From Eledone cirrhosa (lineage: Eukaryota): a DNA stretch of 64,000 nucleotides. The notes under the pieces are model-generated. The model searched no databases. It worked only from the letters and a program-made list of their open reading frames with translations, and was not told where the DNA came from. Below, piece by piece: positions 1-12,216 of this stretch. The stretch covers positions 221,402,001-221,466,000 of the forward strand of contig OZ024741.1 in NCBI GenBank assembly GCA_964016885.1, given 5' to 3'. The stretch's first letter is position 1; every line of letters starts with the position of its first letter. Both the position numbers and the translations under genes were made by a program.

Positions 1-1290
1 GTTTGTATGAGTATGTATGTGTTTGTGTGGGTATGTATGTGTTTGTGTGGATATGTATGTGTTTGTATGAGTATGTATGAGTATGTATGTGTTTGTGTGG
101 GTATGTATGTGTTTGTGTGGGTATGTATGTGTTTGTATGAGTATGTATGTGTTTGTGTGGGTATGTATGTGTTTGTGTGGGTGTGTATGTGTTTGTGTGG
201 GTGTGTATGTGTTTGTATGAGTATGTATGTGTTTGTATGAGTATGTATGTGTTTGTATGAGTATGTATGTGTTTGTATGAGTTTGTATGTGTTTGTGTGG
301 GTATGTATGTGTTTGTATGAGTATGTATGTGTTTGTGTGGGTATGTATGTGTTTGTATGAGTATGTATGTGTTTGTATGAGTATGTATGTTTGTATAAGT
401 ATGTATGTGTTTGTATGAGTATGTATGTGTTTGTGTGGGTATGTATGTGTTTGTATGAGTATGTATGTGTTTGTATGAGTATGTATGTGTGTGTGTGGGT
501 ATGTATGTGTTATTGTGGGTATGTATGTGTTTGTATGAGTATGTATGTGTTTGTATGAGTATGTATGTGTTTGTGTGGGTATGTATGTGTTTGTATAAGT
601 ATGTATGTGTTTGTATGAGTATGTATGTGTTTGTGTGGGTATGTATGTGTTTGTGTGGGTGTGTATGTGTTTGTATGAGTATGTATGTGTTTGTATGAGT
701 ATGTATGTGTTTGTGTGGGTATGTATGTGTTTGTATGAGTATGTATGTGTTTGTATGAGTATGTATGTGTTTGTATGAGTATGTATGCGTTTGTATGAGT
801 ATGTATGTGTTTGTGTGGGTATGTATGTGTTTGTGTGGATATGTATGTGTTTGTATGAGTATGTATGTGTTTGTATGAGTATGTATGTGTTTGTGTGGGT
901 ATGTATGTGTTTGTGTGGGTATGTATGTGTTTGTATGAGTATGTATGTGTTTGTGTGGGTATGTATGTGTTTGTGTGGGTGTGTATGTGTTTGTGTGGGT
1001 GTGTATGTGTTTGTATGAGTATGTATGTGTTTGTATGAGTATGTATGTGTTTGTATGAGTATGTATGTGTTTGTATGAGTTTGTATGTGTTTGTGTGGGT
1101 ATGTATGTGTTTGTATGAGTATGTATGTGTTTGTGTGGGTATGTATGTGTTTGTATGAGTATGTATGTGTTTGTATGAGTATGTATGTTTGTATAAGTAT
1201 GTATGTGTTTGTATGAATATGTATGTGTTTGTGTGGGTATGTATGTGTTTGTATGAGTATGTATGTGTTTGTATGAGTATGTATGTGTGA
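1..1290. repeat. 20-bp minisatellite with two main variants (gtatgtatgtgtttgtatga / gtatgtatgtgtttgtgtgg); runs off the left edge
   Basis: 20-bp periodicity read directly; accounts for the VCMCLY/HTHTNTY ORFs. Confidence 0.95.
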
Positions 1291-1299
1291 GCTTGTGTG

Positions 1300-2031
1300 A
1301 GTGTGTTGTGTGTGTGTGTGTATGTGCGTGTTATTTTATCAATATTTCTAAATATATGGTATACAAATATGTTCATGTATACACACATGCACATACATAC
1401 ACATATGTATACATACATATATATATATATATACACACACAAACATAATAAAGTGAGAGGGTGAAAGTAAGGCAGTGAAAGAGAGGGAGTGGTAGAAGAA
1501 GGGTTAGAGAGGAAGAGAAAATGAAAGATAGTGATAGTGTAAAAGAGAGAAAGAGAGAGAGGGAGAGAGGGGGAGAGAAAGGGAAAGAGGGAGAGAGTAG
1601 GAGAGAGATGTAGAGGGAGAGAGAGGACAAAAAAGATGAGAAAGTAGTTAAGATGAAGAGATAGATAAACATACATACCTCTAGCAACATGTTAGTAATT
1701 CCATATTTGGTTAAAAGCCAAATATGTGTGTATGTATGTGTGCCTGTGTGTTGATGTATGTGTGTATGTGCATGTGTGTCTATGCATATGTGTTTGTATG
1801 TGTATATATGTGTATGTATATATGTGTATGTATATGGGTGTGTGCATGTGTATGTGTATAAATATATATATATATATATACATATATGTGTGTGTGTGCA
1901 TATGTGTGTATATGTATGCATGCATGTGTGTGGATGTGTATGTGTGTATATGTATATGTGTGCATACATGTGTGTGGATGTGTGGATGTGTGCATATGTG
2001 TAGATGTGTGTATACCTGTATATATATATAT
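1300..2031. repeat. Compound low-complexity tract: (TG)n/(CA)n/(TA)n plus a GA-rich purine tract at ~1450-1670
   Basis: Direct reading. Confidence 0.9.
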
Positions 2032-2139
2032 AATTTAGTTTGACTTCAAATTTACCTCCAAGTATCTTGTAAAGATAAAATGTGATATTTATGTTACACA
2101 TCATGTATAATTTACTATCACACATCTATTGCCAGGAAA

Positions 2140-4818
2140 CTGTGGTGATATCAATCTGTGTTATATACTGTGGTGATATCAGCCTGTGTTATGTACTGTA
2201 AAGATATCAGCCTGTGTTATATAGTGTAAAGATATCAACCTGTGTTATACTGTGAAGATATCAGCCTATGTTATACTGTAAAGATATCAGCCTGTGTTAT
2301 ACTGTGGAGATATCAGCCTGTGTTATATACTGTAAAGATATCAGCCTGTGTTATATACTGTAAAGATATCAGCCTGTGTTATACAGTGGAGATATCAGCC
2401 TGTGTAATACTGTGGAGATATCAGCCTGTGTTATATACTGTAAAGATATCAACCTGTGTTATACTGTGAAGATATCAGTCTCTGTTATACTGTGGAGATA
2501 TCAGTTTTAGATATACATATTGTGGTGATATCAACCTGTGTTATACTGTATAGATATACGCTTGTGTTATATACTGTAATGATATCACTCTATCATATAC
2601 TGGGGTGATATCATCCTGTGTTATACTGTGGTGATATCAGTCTATGATATACTGGGGTGATACCATCCTGTGTTATACTGTGGAGATATTAGCCTGTGTT
2701 ACACTGTGGAGATGTCAGTCTATGTTATACTGTGGCGATATCAATCTGTGTTATACTGTGGTGATACCAGTGTGTGTTACACTGTGGTGATATCAGCATG
2801 TGTTACACTGTGGTGATACCAGCCGGTGTTATACTGTGGTGATATCATTCTTAGATATACTTACTGTGAAGATATCAGTCTGTGTTATATATATATATAC
2901 ACACTATGGTGATATCAGTGTGTGTCATACTGTAAAGATATCAACCAGTGTTATATGGAGATATCAGTTTTAGATAAACACACTGTGGAGATATCAGTCT
3001 ATGTTATACTGAGGAGATATCAGTCCATGTTATACTGAGGAGATATCAGTCTATGTTATACTGAGGAAATATCAGCCTGTGTTATACTGTGGTGATATCA
3101 ATCTGTGTTATATTGTGGTAATATCAGTCTTAGATATATATACTGAGGAGATATCAGTTTGTGTTATATATACTGTGGAGATATCAGTTTGTGTTATATA
3201 TACTGTGGAGATATCAGTTGTGCTATATATACTGTGGAGATATCAGTTTGTGTTATATATACTGTGGAGATATCAGTTTGTGTTATATATACTGAGGAGA
3301 TATCAGTTGGTGTTATATATACTGAGGAGATATCAGTTTGTATTATATATACATGACTTTCGCAGACATTTTTTCACGCTCAGAGTTGCTGAAGCATGGA
3401 ACAAACTACCTGCGTCAATTGTTAGCTGCCGAGACACTGCATCCTTTAAGACACTCATGCTTCCCGAAATACGCCAAAACTACACCTGATGTACCCCTTC
3501 CATACACATGCACACATGTGTGTATCATGACTCGTGCACTGTTCATTTTACTGATGTTTGTGCATTGCCCTATGTACTGTACATGCACTTTTTTGATGAG
3601 TTGTGGTGCACCTGGGCACTGTACACAATATTTCATTATTGTTATTGTTATTATATCATGACTCATACACTGTTCATTTTCCTGACATTTGTACATTACA
3701 TTATTCTATGTACTATACATGCACCTTTGATGTGTTGTAGTGCACCTGAGCACTGTACACAATAATTTCATTATTATTATTATTATTATACTCTGGAGAT
3801 ATCAGTTTGTGTTATATATACTGAGGAGATATCAGTTGGTGTTATATATACTGTGGAGATATCAGTTTGTGTTATATATACTGTGGAGATATCAGTTTGT
3901 GTTATATATACTGAGGTGATATCAGTTTGTGTTATATATACTGTGGAGATATCAGTTGGTGTTATATATACTGTGGTGATATCAGTTTGTGTTATATATA
4001 CTGTGGAGATATCAGTTTGTGTTATATATACTGAGGTGATATCAGTTTGTGTTATATATACTGTGGAGATATCAGTTTGTGTTATATATACTGAGGTGAT
4101 ATCAGTTTGTGTTATATATACTGTGGAGATATCAGTTGGTGTTATATATACTGAGGAGATATCAGTTTGTGTTATATATACTGTGGAGATATCAGTTTGT
4201 GTTATATATACTGTGGAGATATCAGTTGGTGTTATATATACTGAGGAGATATCAGTTTGTGTTATATATATACTCTGGAGATATCAGTTTGTGTTATATA
4301 TACTGAGGAGATATCAGTTTGTGTTATATATACTGAGGAGATATCAGTTTGTGTTATATATACTGAGGAGATATCAGTTTGTGTTATATATACTGAGGAG
4401 ATATCAGTTTGTGTTATATATACTGAGGAGATATCAGTTTGTGTTATATATACTGAGGAGATATCAGTTGGTGTTATATATACTGAGGAGATATCAGTTG
4501 GTGTTATATATACTGTGGAGATATCAGTTTGTGTTATATATACTGAGGAGATATCAGTTTGTGTTATATATACTGAGGAGATATCAGTTGGTGTTATATA
4601 TACTGAGGAGATATCAGTTGGTGTTATATATACTGAGGAGATATCAGTTTGAGTTATATATACTGAGGAGATATCAGTTTGTGTTATATATACTGTGGAG
4701 ATATCAGTTTGTGTTATATATACTGAGGAGATATCAGTTTGTGTTATATATACTGAGGAGATATCAGTTTGTGTTATATATACTCTGGAGATATTAGTTT
4801 GTAACATATATATATACT
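2140..4818. repeat. 28-30-bp minisatellite (actgWggagatatcagtttgtgttatatat), degenerate on the left, homogeneous 30-mer on the right, interrupted by a CR1 insertion
   Basis: Exact 30-bp period in 3790-4800 (successive 60-nt lines repeat in register). Confidence 0.95.
3352..3790 (+). mobile_element. 5'-truncated CR1-clade LINE 3' end, with a second shorter 3' end (3654-3790) in its (ATT)n tail
   Basis: Encodes HDFRRHFFTLRVAEAWNKLPASIVSCRDTASFK, typical of the CR1 ORF2 C-terminus; same 3' UTR and ATT tail as copies at 5576, 22236 and 30085. Confidence 0.85.
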
Positions 4819-5277
4819 GTGAAATTGGTAGAAGGAAATTGTGCAGAAATACATCACATACACACTTGTGTTCTAAAGCAACTTATGCGCCCATTTCATG
4901 AGAACAAGTTCATTTACATATACATGCAGATATATGCAAATGTTAAGTCATATTTACATATTTACAAATCCCCGCAACTATCTTTATTCAAGCAAACAAA
5001 TCTTGTCACTTTATTAATCACTGTGTTGATATCTGTGAATAGAAATTGAAATAAAATAAAGAATACCATATATGATATATCTGAATAAGATATAAAGGAG
5101 ATATCTTTACAAAACACTGCCATAACACCCAATAATGTAATGTGTGTATTCTGTACCCAATAATGTAATGTGTGTATGCAGCTCTGCTTATTATCTTATT
5201 GAATGGGCCATGGCTGGGAGTCACTGAAAAAAATTGAGTGACTTTCCTATACTATGTACTCTTGGGTCTCAAATACA

Positions 5278-5431
5278 CCCAGTACATTACTGGTACTTTA
5301 TTTTATCAACCCCGTTAGGATGAAAGGCAAAGTTAACCTCGGTGGGATTTGAACTCAGACTGTAAAGGGACGTAACTATGCTGGAATGCATGGCGTCTGA
5401 TCATCTACTAATACTGCCAGTCCACCGCCCT
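5278..5431 (-). mobile_element. tRNA-derived SINE, family A (core ctttgcctttcatcc..cggggtcgataaaataaagtaccagt)
   Basis: B-box-like gagttcaaatc and a conserved central domain shared by about nine copies in the window. Confidence 0.85.
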
Positions 5432-5575
5432 GATCTTAAATAATAGATATTGTGAATAAAAGGTGAAATATATCTTAAAGTGGAATATATTTTACTTCTT
5501 ATTCACAATATATCATATCTATAAGTAATATTTAAGATATATCATAAGGAATACCTATATGATATGTTGTGAATA

Positions 5576-6090
5576 AATAATAATAATGAAATTATTGTGT
5601 ACAGTGCTCAGGTGCACTACAACTTATCAAAGGTGCATGTATAGTACATAGAATAATATACAAATGTCAGGGAAGTGAATAGTGTATGAGTCATGATATA
5701 CATGTGTGCGTATGTATGGAGGGGGAATATTAGGTGTAGTGTTGGCGAATCTCAGGAAGCATGGAGGTTTTAAAGGATGCAGTGTCTCGACAGCTAACAG
5801 CTGATGCAGGTAGTTTGTTCCAAGTTTCAGCAACTCTGAGCGTGAAAAAATCTTTCCGAGAGTCATGAGAGCTGTACTGTTTTCTGACTTTGTAGGCATG
5901 CCCACGTGTGTTAGACACATGGAAATCAAAAAGATACTCAGGGTAGTTGTTGGCAAGATGGTTAATAATTTTGTGGGTGTTTACCAAGTTAGTTGCCAGA
6001 CGTCGGAGCTTCAATGTATCCATGCCCACGGAAGCAAGGCGTTCAGAGTATGGTAGATGCCTCTGATGGCGGGTATTCGCTTGGTTGAAC
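5576..6090 (-). mobile_element. CR1-clade LINE 3' fragment
   Basis: ORF 5730-6029: LKLRRLATNLVNTHKII...TRGHAYK...FFTLRVAETWNKLP; (ATT)n tail. Confidence 0.88.
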
Positions 6091-6412
6091 TAGAAATCCC
6101 ATATGTTATAAATAGGGTTGGTTGGGTTTTCAATATGAAAACTAAACAACTAATTCTGGGTTTTTTTTAAATCAATGGAGACAACCAAGAAAAATTACCA
6201 ATTTTCCAACCTCAACACCACCTGCTCATTCCAACCACCCCTATTAATTGGAGCCCGTAAGTAAGAACTTGAATCTTTAAAAATATGATATGTCTGAATA
6301 AGAACTGAAGTATGTCTTAAAGAGTACTGACATATGATATGTTATAAATAAGAAGTGGCATCTTAAGGAATATATATATTTGATATGTTGTGAGTAGGAA
6401 GTGAAATCTTAG

Positions 6413-6498
<86 letters not shown>

Positions 6499-6655
6499 TA
6501 TATATATAAGTATGTAAACCCATACATATATATATATGTGCGCATGTATGTATATGCATACTACTGTACGTCTGTATACATATATGTATGTATGTATGTA
6601 TACATACTTAGTATCAGCCGTATTAAGAGTGAGAAATGAAATTTCATTTTTACCA

Positions 6656-6687
<32 letters not shown>

Positions 6688-6721
6688 TTTCTAAGATTCC
6701 ACTTCCTACTCACAACATATT

Positions 6722-6900
6722 ATCATCATCATCATCATCATCATCATTTTTCGTCCGCTTTTCCCTGCTTGCAAGGGTGGGATGGGAACTGATTCTGGCT
6801 TGATTTCTACAGCTGGATGCCCTTCCTAACACCAACCTCATTTACAGTGAGTGCTGGGTGCTTTTTTACAGTGGCACCTCCACGACCACTTTACAGTGGT
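6722..6900 (-). mobile_element. RTE-type 3' tail fragment with (GAT)n tail
   Basis: cccttgcaagcagggaaaagcggacg + (gat)n on minus strand matches the RTE end at 21720-21773; ggatgcccttcctaacaccaac segment shared with other RTE tails. Confidence 0.75.
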
Positions 6901-6919
6901 CGTGGAGGTGCCATCTCAT

Positions 6920-7056
6920 TACTACAGCTGAGTAAACTGGAGCAATGTGAAATAAAGTGTCTTGCTCAAGGAAACAACACATCACCCGGTCTGAGAATTG
7001 AACTCACAACCTTTGGATTGCAAGGCCAATGCTCTAACCACTAATCCATGTGCCTC
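6920..7056 (-). mobile_element. tRNA-derived SINE, family B
   Basis: Minus strand: A-box-like tggattagtgg, B-box-like gagttcaattc, then ccttgagcaagacacttt core; second copy at 31965. Confidence 0.8.
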
Positions 7057-7354
7057 CATTAAAAATACAATGGCCTGCCGTGACCATATATATATATTCC
7101 TTAAGATTACACTTCTTATTTATAACATATCATATGTCAGTACTCTTTAAGACATATATATCATATATATATATTTAAACTGTATGTTATTACTCTGAGG
7201 TTTATTCCTTGTCGAGTGCTTGGCTCCACTGCTGAAGGCATTTGTTGGCTTGGCTGCTGATCGAACTTCGAATATGCTGTACTATCGTATATATACATAC
7301 ATATATATAGTGATGAAACATAAGTCAATTGCATGAACTCATAATCCTTTATTT

Positions 7355-7410
7355 ACTGCTATATATATTTCGATGATAGCCATTGAATGGCTATGACCTC
7401 ATCAGGCAGT
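7355..7410 (-). ncRNA. Type-I hammerhead ribozyme motif (minimal stem III), probable Penelope-like terminal repeat remnant
   Basis: Minus: actgc-CTGATGA-ggtcatagccattcaatggctatcatc-GAAA-tatat-ATA-gcagt, followed by aataaa; stems I and II pair. Confidence 0.85.
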
Positions 7411-7957
7411 TAGTCAGTTCTTAGATATGCCAGCTCTGTGTTGATAGTGTTGATGGTATCAGAGCCTTGGGACATATGAGCTTGTTAGGAATAATTTAAT
7501 GTTGTCAGCAGTAATAGTCTTAATTCTCATTGGTCAGTTTGTAGATGCTAGTAGGGTTGGTATTTGACCTCAAAGAGGCAGGTGGTGTTGTAAAGTTCAA
7601 ACCGCCAGGCAAGATGACAATAGTTCCATATGACTGATTTCACCAAAAAGATATATATTCAATTCAGATATATATTCAATTAAGGTTAATAGTATGAAAT
7701 AGATACTACAGGTCATTCTTAAATTGAGGAATTTATGTGGAGTGGTGCTACTGAAAATTATGGTTGGAGTAGAAAATGTACAAATAAAAAAACTTATGTA
7801 GGTTGGCTTGCACGTACACTCACACCCACCTCAACAGACACACACACACATCCACACATACAAATTGAGGAATTAATGTGGGGTGGTAAAACTTAAAATA
7901 ATGGTTAGAGTCAAATACTTAGATAGTTTATACTTAGATAGTTTTTAGATACTTCAG

Positions 7958-7993
7958 CTATATACATATATATATATATATATATACATATAT

Positions 7994-8028
<35 letters not shown>

Positions 8029-8035
8029 CATATAT

Positions 8036-8068
<33 letters not shown>

Positions 8069-8073
8069 TATAT

Positions 8074-8170
<97 letters not shown>
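7958..8170. repeat. (TA)n/(TACA) microsatellite
   Basis: Direct reading; other long (TA)n runs at 6416-6510, 8732-8882, 11250-11336, 12131-12174. Confidence 0.95.
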
Positions 8171-8172
<2 letters not shown>

Positions 8173-8728
8173 AGGAAAAAAGATGAAATCGAAAATGCAA
8201 CTGGAGTCTTTTTTTTTTTAAATATATTTCCTTTACCGGTTGTGCAGTTCTTCTGCTTTTCAAAAGTAGGATTGAGATGGAGGGTTTGTGGTTTTTCTCA
8301 CATATATATATATATGTATATTATTGTGAGTAAGAAGAAATCTATCTTAAACAACATTGATATATATGGTATCCTGTAAATAAGAAGTGAAATGTATCTT
8401 AAAGCAGAGCAACATATATGTTACATCTGAATAAGAAGTTTAATAAATCTTAAAGAATACATACTGATATATGATATATTGTGAATAAGAACTTAAATTC
8501 TAAAGAATATTTATACATATCATCATCACAGTTTTACATCCATTTTTCCATATATATATAATTAACAAAGAAAGAGGTGACCAAGTTCAACAGTTAATAT
8601 ATTATTTATTTGCTCTACACATGTTTACCTCAGAAATATCTCTCACTATTCTGGATATAAAACAAACCACATTTGAGCTTTAGATATATATCTGTTTGCC
8701 TTACTGTTGTTTTATCAACTTATAGAAT

Positions 8729-8787
<59 letters not shown>

Positions 8788-8828
8788 TATATATATGTGT
8801 GTGTATAAATATATATGTGTGTATATAT

Positions 8829-8889
<61 letters not shown>

Positions 8890-9149
8890 GGATAATATTT
8901 ATGGTTATGTATATACTAAAACCTTTTATAGTTATATATATATTATACCCTAAATAGTGAAAGACAGCAATTTATTACTATCTTATTACCAGTAAGATAA
9001 ATAGCTCAATGTAACAACATCAGTTGTTTTACAGAGCAGTTGTATAGAGATTACATGAAACAAAGTTCTGTTTAAATCATTTATCTGCTTACAATTGTTT
9101 CTTCCAAACCGAGGTTACCATGCCGAGGTTCCAAACCGAAGTTACCATG

Positions 9150-9335
9150 CTGGATTGGCAGTATCAGTAGAAGGTCGGATGCCATGCTTTCCAGCATAGT
9201 TACGTCCCTTTACGATCTGAGTTCAAATCTCGCCGAGGTTGACTTTGCCTTTCATCCTTACGGGGTCGATAAAATAAAGTACCAGTAATGCACTGGGTAA
9301 TTGCTGACCTTGTGCCTAAAGTAGAAACAATTATT
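9150..9335 (+). mobile_element. tRNA-derived SINE, family A
   Basis: ggattggcagtatcagtag...gagttcaaatc...gactttgcctttcatccttacggggtcgataaaataaagtaccagt. Confidence 0.85.
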
Positions 9336-9435
9336 ATAATGGATGTCAACCCACTGTGGGTCAATATATACATATGTTTCTATATGTCTCTTGTGTTGAA
9401 AAGGAGGTCAAGTATGTTAAAAATCACTGAATAAT

Positions 9436-9482
9436 TGCTCCGAAGACTCCAAACCTCGGTTTGGAAGAAACAATTGTAAGCA
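9436..9482 (+). ncRNA. Type-I hammerhead motif with variant core CCGAAGA
   Basis: tgct-CCGAAGA-ctccaaacctcggtttggaa-GAAA-caatt-GTA-agca; palindromic ACAATTGT stem III; U4C substitution. Confidence 0.7.
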
Positions 9483-9528
9483 GATAAATGATTTAAACAG
9501 AACTTTGTTTCATGTAATCTCTCTCTCT

Positions 9529-10918
9529 ATCATCATCATCATCATCATCAACGTTTAACGTCCGTGTTCCACGCTTGCATGGGTTTGGACGGGGGTTTTC
9601 CCACTTGAGGCAAGAGTGATTGTCTTGCTCGCATAGGACTGTCTGGCAGGTTTTCTACAGTTGTATGCCCTTCCTAACACCAACCACATTTACAGTGTGG
9701 GTCTGGGAGGTTTTTACCGTGTTGCCTACACGGCCACATTACAGCGTGGACTGTGTGTGTTTTTTTGTCGTGACACCTACACGATCTCATTTGTTTCGGC
9801 CTGGATGTTGTGGCACCAACATAACTTTACATAGAAGGGGGCGGTGTGGATGGGGCGGGGGTGGTGGGACGGGGGTGTATTTTGTTAGAGATGCCTACTG
9901 ACTGTAGTAGGTTTTACTTTGTATTTAGGTAAGGCGGGTCTTCTCTATTACTGAGTACCGCCAAAGGTCTCGGTCCAGTGACATTGTCTTGGTGAGGTGT
10001 AAGTGTGTGAGGTCGGAGTTTATCAGCTCGTCCCAGGTTTTTCTGGGTCTGCCTATTCCGTGGCTACCGTCTATCTTTATTGCCCTGCACTTTGTTATAC
10101 AGCTATCGTCCTTCATGCGCATCACGTGACCATACCAACATAGCCTTCTCTCTCGTAAACAACATCTGATCCCTCTTATTTCTAATTTTTTCCTTAGTTC
10201 GTTTATGCTTTGTCGTTCACGTATATTACTATTACACATCCAGCGGAGCATGCAAGCTTCGTTTCTCTCTAGTCTGCGTATATCCTCTGCACACAATGCC
10301 CAGGTCTCACTGCCATGCAACATTGCTGTTCGTATGCAGGCATCGTACAACCTGCCTTTCATTTTTAGGGAGAACCCTTTAGCGGCTAATAGTGGTATAA
10401 GCTCTCTGAACTTTTTCCACCCAGTTCTGACTCTAGCTACTGTACTTTCTGAGCACCCTCCCACACTGCTGATTTTGTCACCCAGGTAACGGAAGCTGTC
10501 CACTATTTCTATAGAACCCTCTGCGCAGTTGAAAGAGCTAGTATTTTGTAGGCACTTGCTGCTACTTATTGCCCCAGAACACCGGCCACATGTAAAATCT
10601 ATGTTCTTAGTTAGCTTACCTGTGATCCCACTACATCTTTTATGCACCCAAACTTTGCATTTGGGACACAAAATGGAATTTCTACCTACGCCTTTCCTAC
10701 ACTCTGCGCATGGCCACTTCCCGGAGGGGACCGCCGCCTTATTTTCTTTCTTAAAAACTAGAACTTTAGTCTTAGCCAGGTTAATTTTAAGGCCTTTTGA
10801 TTCTAGGCCGTGCTTCCATGTTTGGAATTTCTTCTCTAGCTCGGCCATTGATTCAGCTATGAGCGTTAGATCATCTGCGTATAGGAGTTCCCATCGGCAG
10901 CCGGTCTTGAACTCCACT
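9529..10918 (-). mobile_element. 5'-truncated RTE-clade LINE (RT C-terminal half, C4HC3 finger, C-terminal domain, 3' UTR, (GAT)n tail)
   Basis: ORF 9925-10917: ELLYADD, LKINLAKTK, FRYLG, MLHGSETW, RRLCWYGHV, GRPRKTW. Confidence 0.92.
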
Positions 10919-11035
10919 GTATATATATATATATTGGAAAATGTGTGAGATCCTTGGTACAGTTAGGTATATTTGGAAAAAGGGAAAAGAATGACTTCAC
11001 TTGTAGATCTAAAAGATTTTATGATTTAATGTTAT

Positions 11036-11225
11036 AATTGTTTCTACTTTTGGCACAAGGCCAGCAATTTCCCCAGTGCATTACTGGTACTTTATTTTAT
11101 CGACCCCGTAAGGATGAAAGGCAAAGTTAACCTCAGCGGGATTTGAACTCAGATCATAAAGGGCCATAACTCTTTGCTGCAAAGCATGGCGTCCGACCCT
11201 ATACCGATACTGCCAATCCACCAAT
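11036..11225 (-). mobile_element. tRNA-derived SINE, family A
   Basis: Reverse complement of the 9150 copy. Confidence 0.85.
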
Positions 11226-11247
11226 CCACTATTATATGAGTTGGTAG

Positions 11248-11340
<93 letters not shown>

Positions 11341-11379
11341 AATGAATAATAACAGGTAGACATCATAAAAAGGTAGTTT

Positions 11380-11503
11380 ATTCCGTGTGCTTACAAGTGT
11401 TTCCACGGTGGTACTGCAGCCTAGTTCCGCTACGTGCAAATTCACAAGTATTTGCAGAACTCGAATATCCAATGCTGTGACCACTGTTTCCTCAGAGCAG
11501 AAT
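11380..11503 (-). ncRNA. Type-I hammerhead motif with a long structured insertion in stem II
   Basis: Minus: attctgct-CTGAGGA-aacagtggt[~70 nt]accaccgtg-GAAA-cactt-GTA-agcacacggaat, overlapping aataaa. Confidence 0.7.
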
Positions 11504-12127
11504 GGTAAATATACAATGTAAAAACCCTTAAGTGGGGTTGTTGGGGAAGATAGAGTGGAACAGGAAGAGAGAAAAGTAGGGAAGATGGAGAGAGAAGGAA
11601 AGATATGCAGGGGTTGGAGAAAGTGGCTTGTAGATATCTTAATCAAAATGTTATGGTAGGGGTTTTATTAGTTACTTTTGGAGAGATGCGTAGATAGTTG
11701 AGGTCGGAATTATTTATTGCCCCAGAGGTCAAGTTCATAGATGTTGAGAGGGAGGTAGGTCAAAGGTGAGAGAGAGAAAGTGTAATGGATGTAGAGAGAG
11801 ATATATAGGTAGAGAGGGGACAGATAAAGTATATGTGGTGAGTGAACTTTTGGTTTTGTAGTAGTAATCTAGGAATTGTACTGAGTTACCATGTATAGTG
11901 ATAAGCAGTGTATTGTCTTGTAGTGTGGGGGAGAAGAGAAGGTTGTTAGCTAGAAAGTGGTGTTGTAGTTACGGGTTCGAATGTTAAGTTATTTTATAGT
12001 GAGAGAATTTAGCTTTTAGTTTGTGGTTGCAGTATAATGATCGTTCAATTCTATCGTTAAGTAATTTGTTTTTGGATTATATCCAGTGTAGTAATTAACC
12101 ATCACTGTATCTTGGATAATCCTATAC

Positions 12128-12177
<50 letters not shown>

Positions 12178-12216
12178 ATGAAAATAAACCAAAGAAGCCT
12201 TCAATACATCAAAAGT

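Larger units (their letters stand above)
6308..7160. repeat. Fold-back inverted repeat with ~110-bp arms around (TA)n; right arm split by an RTE-tail/SINE insertion
   Basis: 6312-6415 is the reverse complement of 6690-6720 joined to 7086-7158. Confidence 0.8.
9046..9522 (+). mobile_element. Miniature Penelope-like fold-back insertion: perfect 71-bp inverted repeats (9046-9116 / 9452-9522), with a SINE between them
   Basis: Arms are exact reverse complements; the right arm overlaps a hammerhead motif. Confidence 0.7.

Noticed and set aside
1-4900. Long ORFs (388, 314, 250 aa) in the ORF track
   Set aside because: Translations of stop-poor tandem repeats; the same applies to the [15 protein letters not shown] and YYSDRYNILQ ORFs elsewhere
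6920-7056. tRNA gene
   Set aside because: A/B boxes run into a SINE body with no acceptor stem; it is a tRNA-derived SINE head
8600-8680. Possible decayed hammerhead on the minus strand (gtaaacatgtgtagagc followed by aataaa)
   Set aside because: The 3' half is suggestive but no CUGANGA core is present and GAAA is altered
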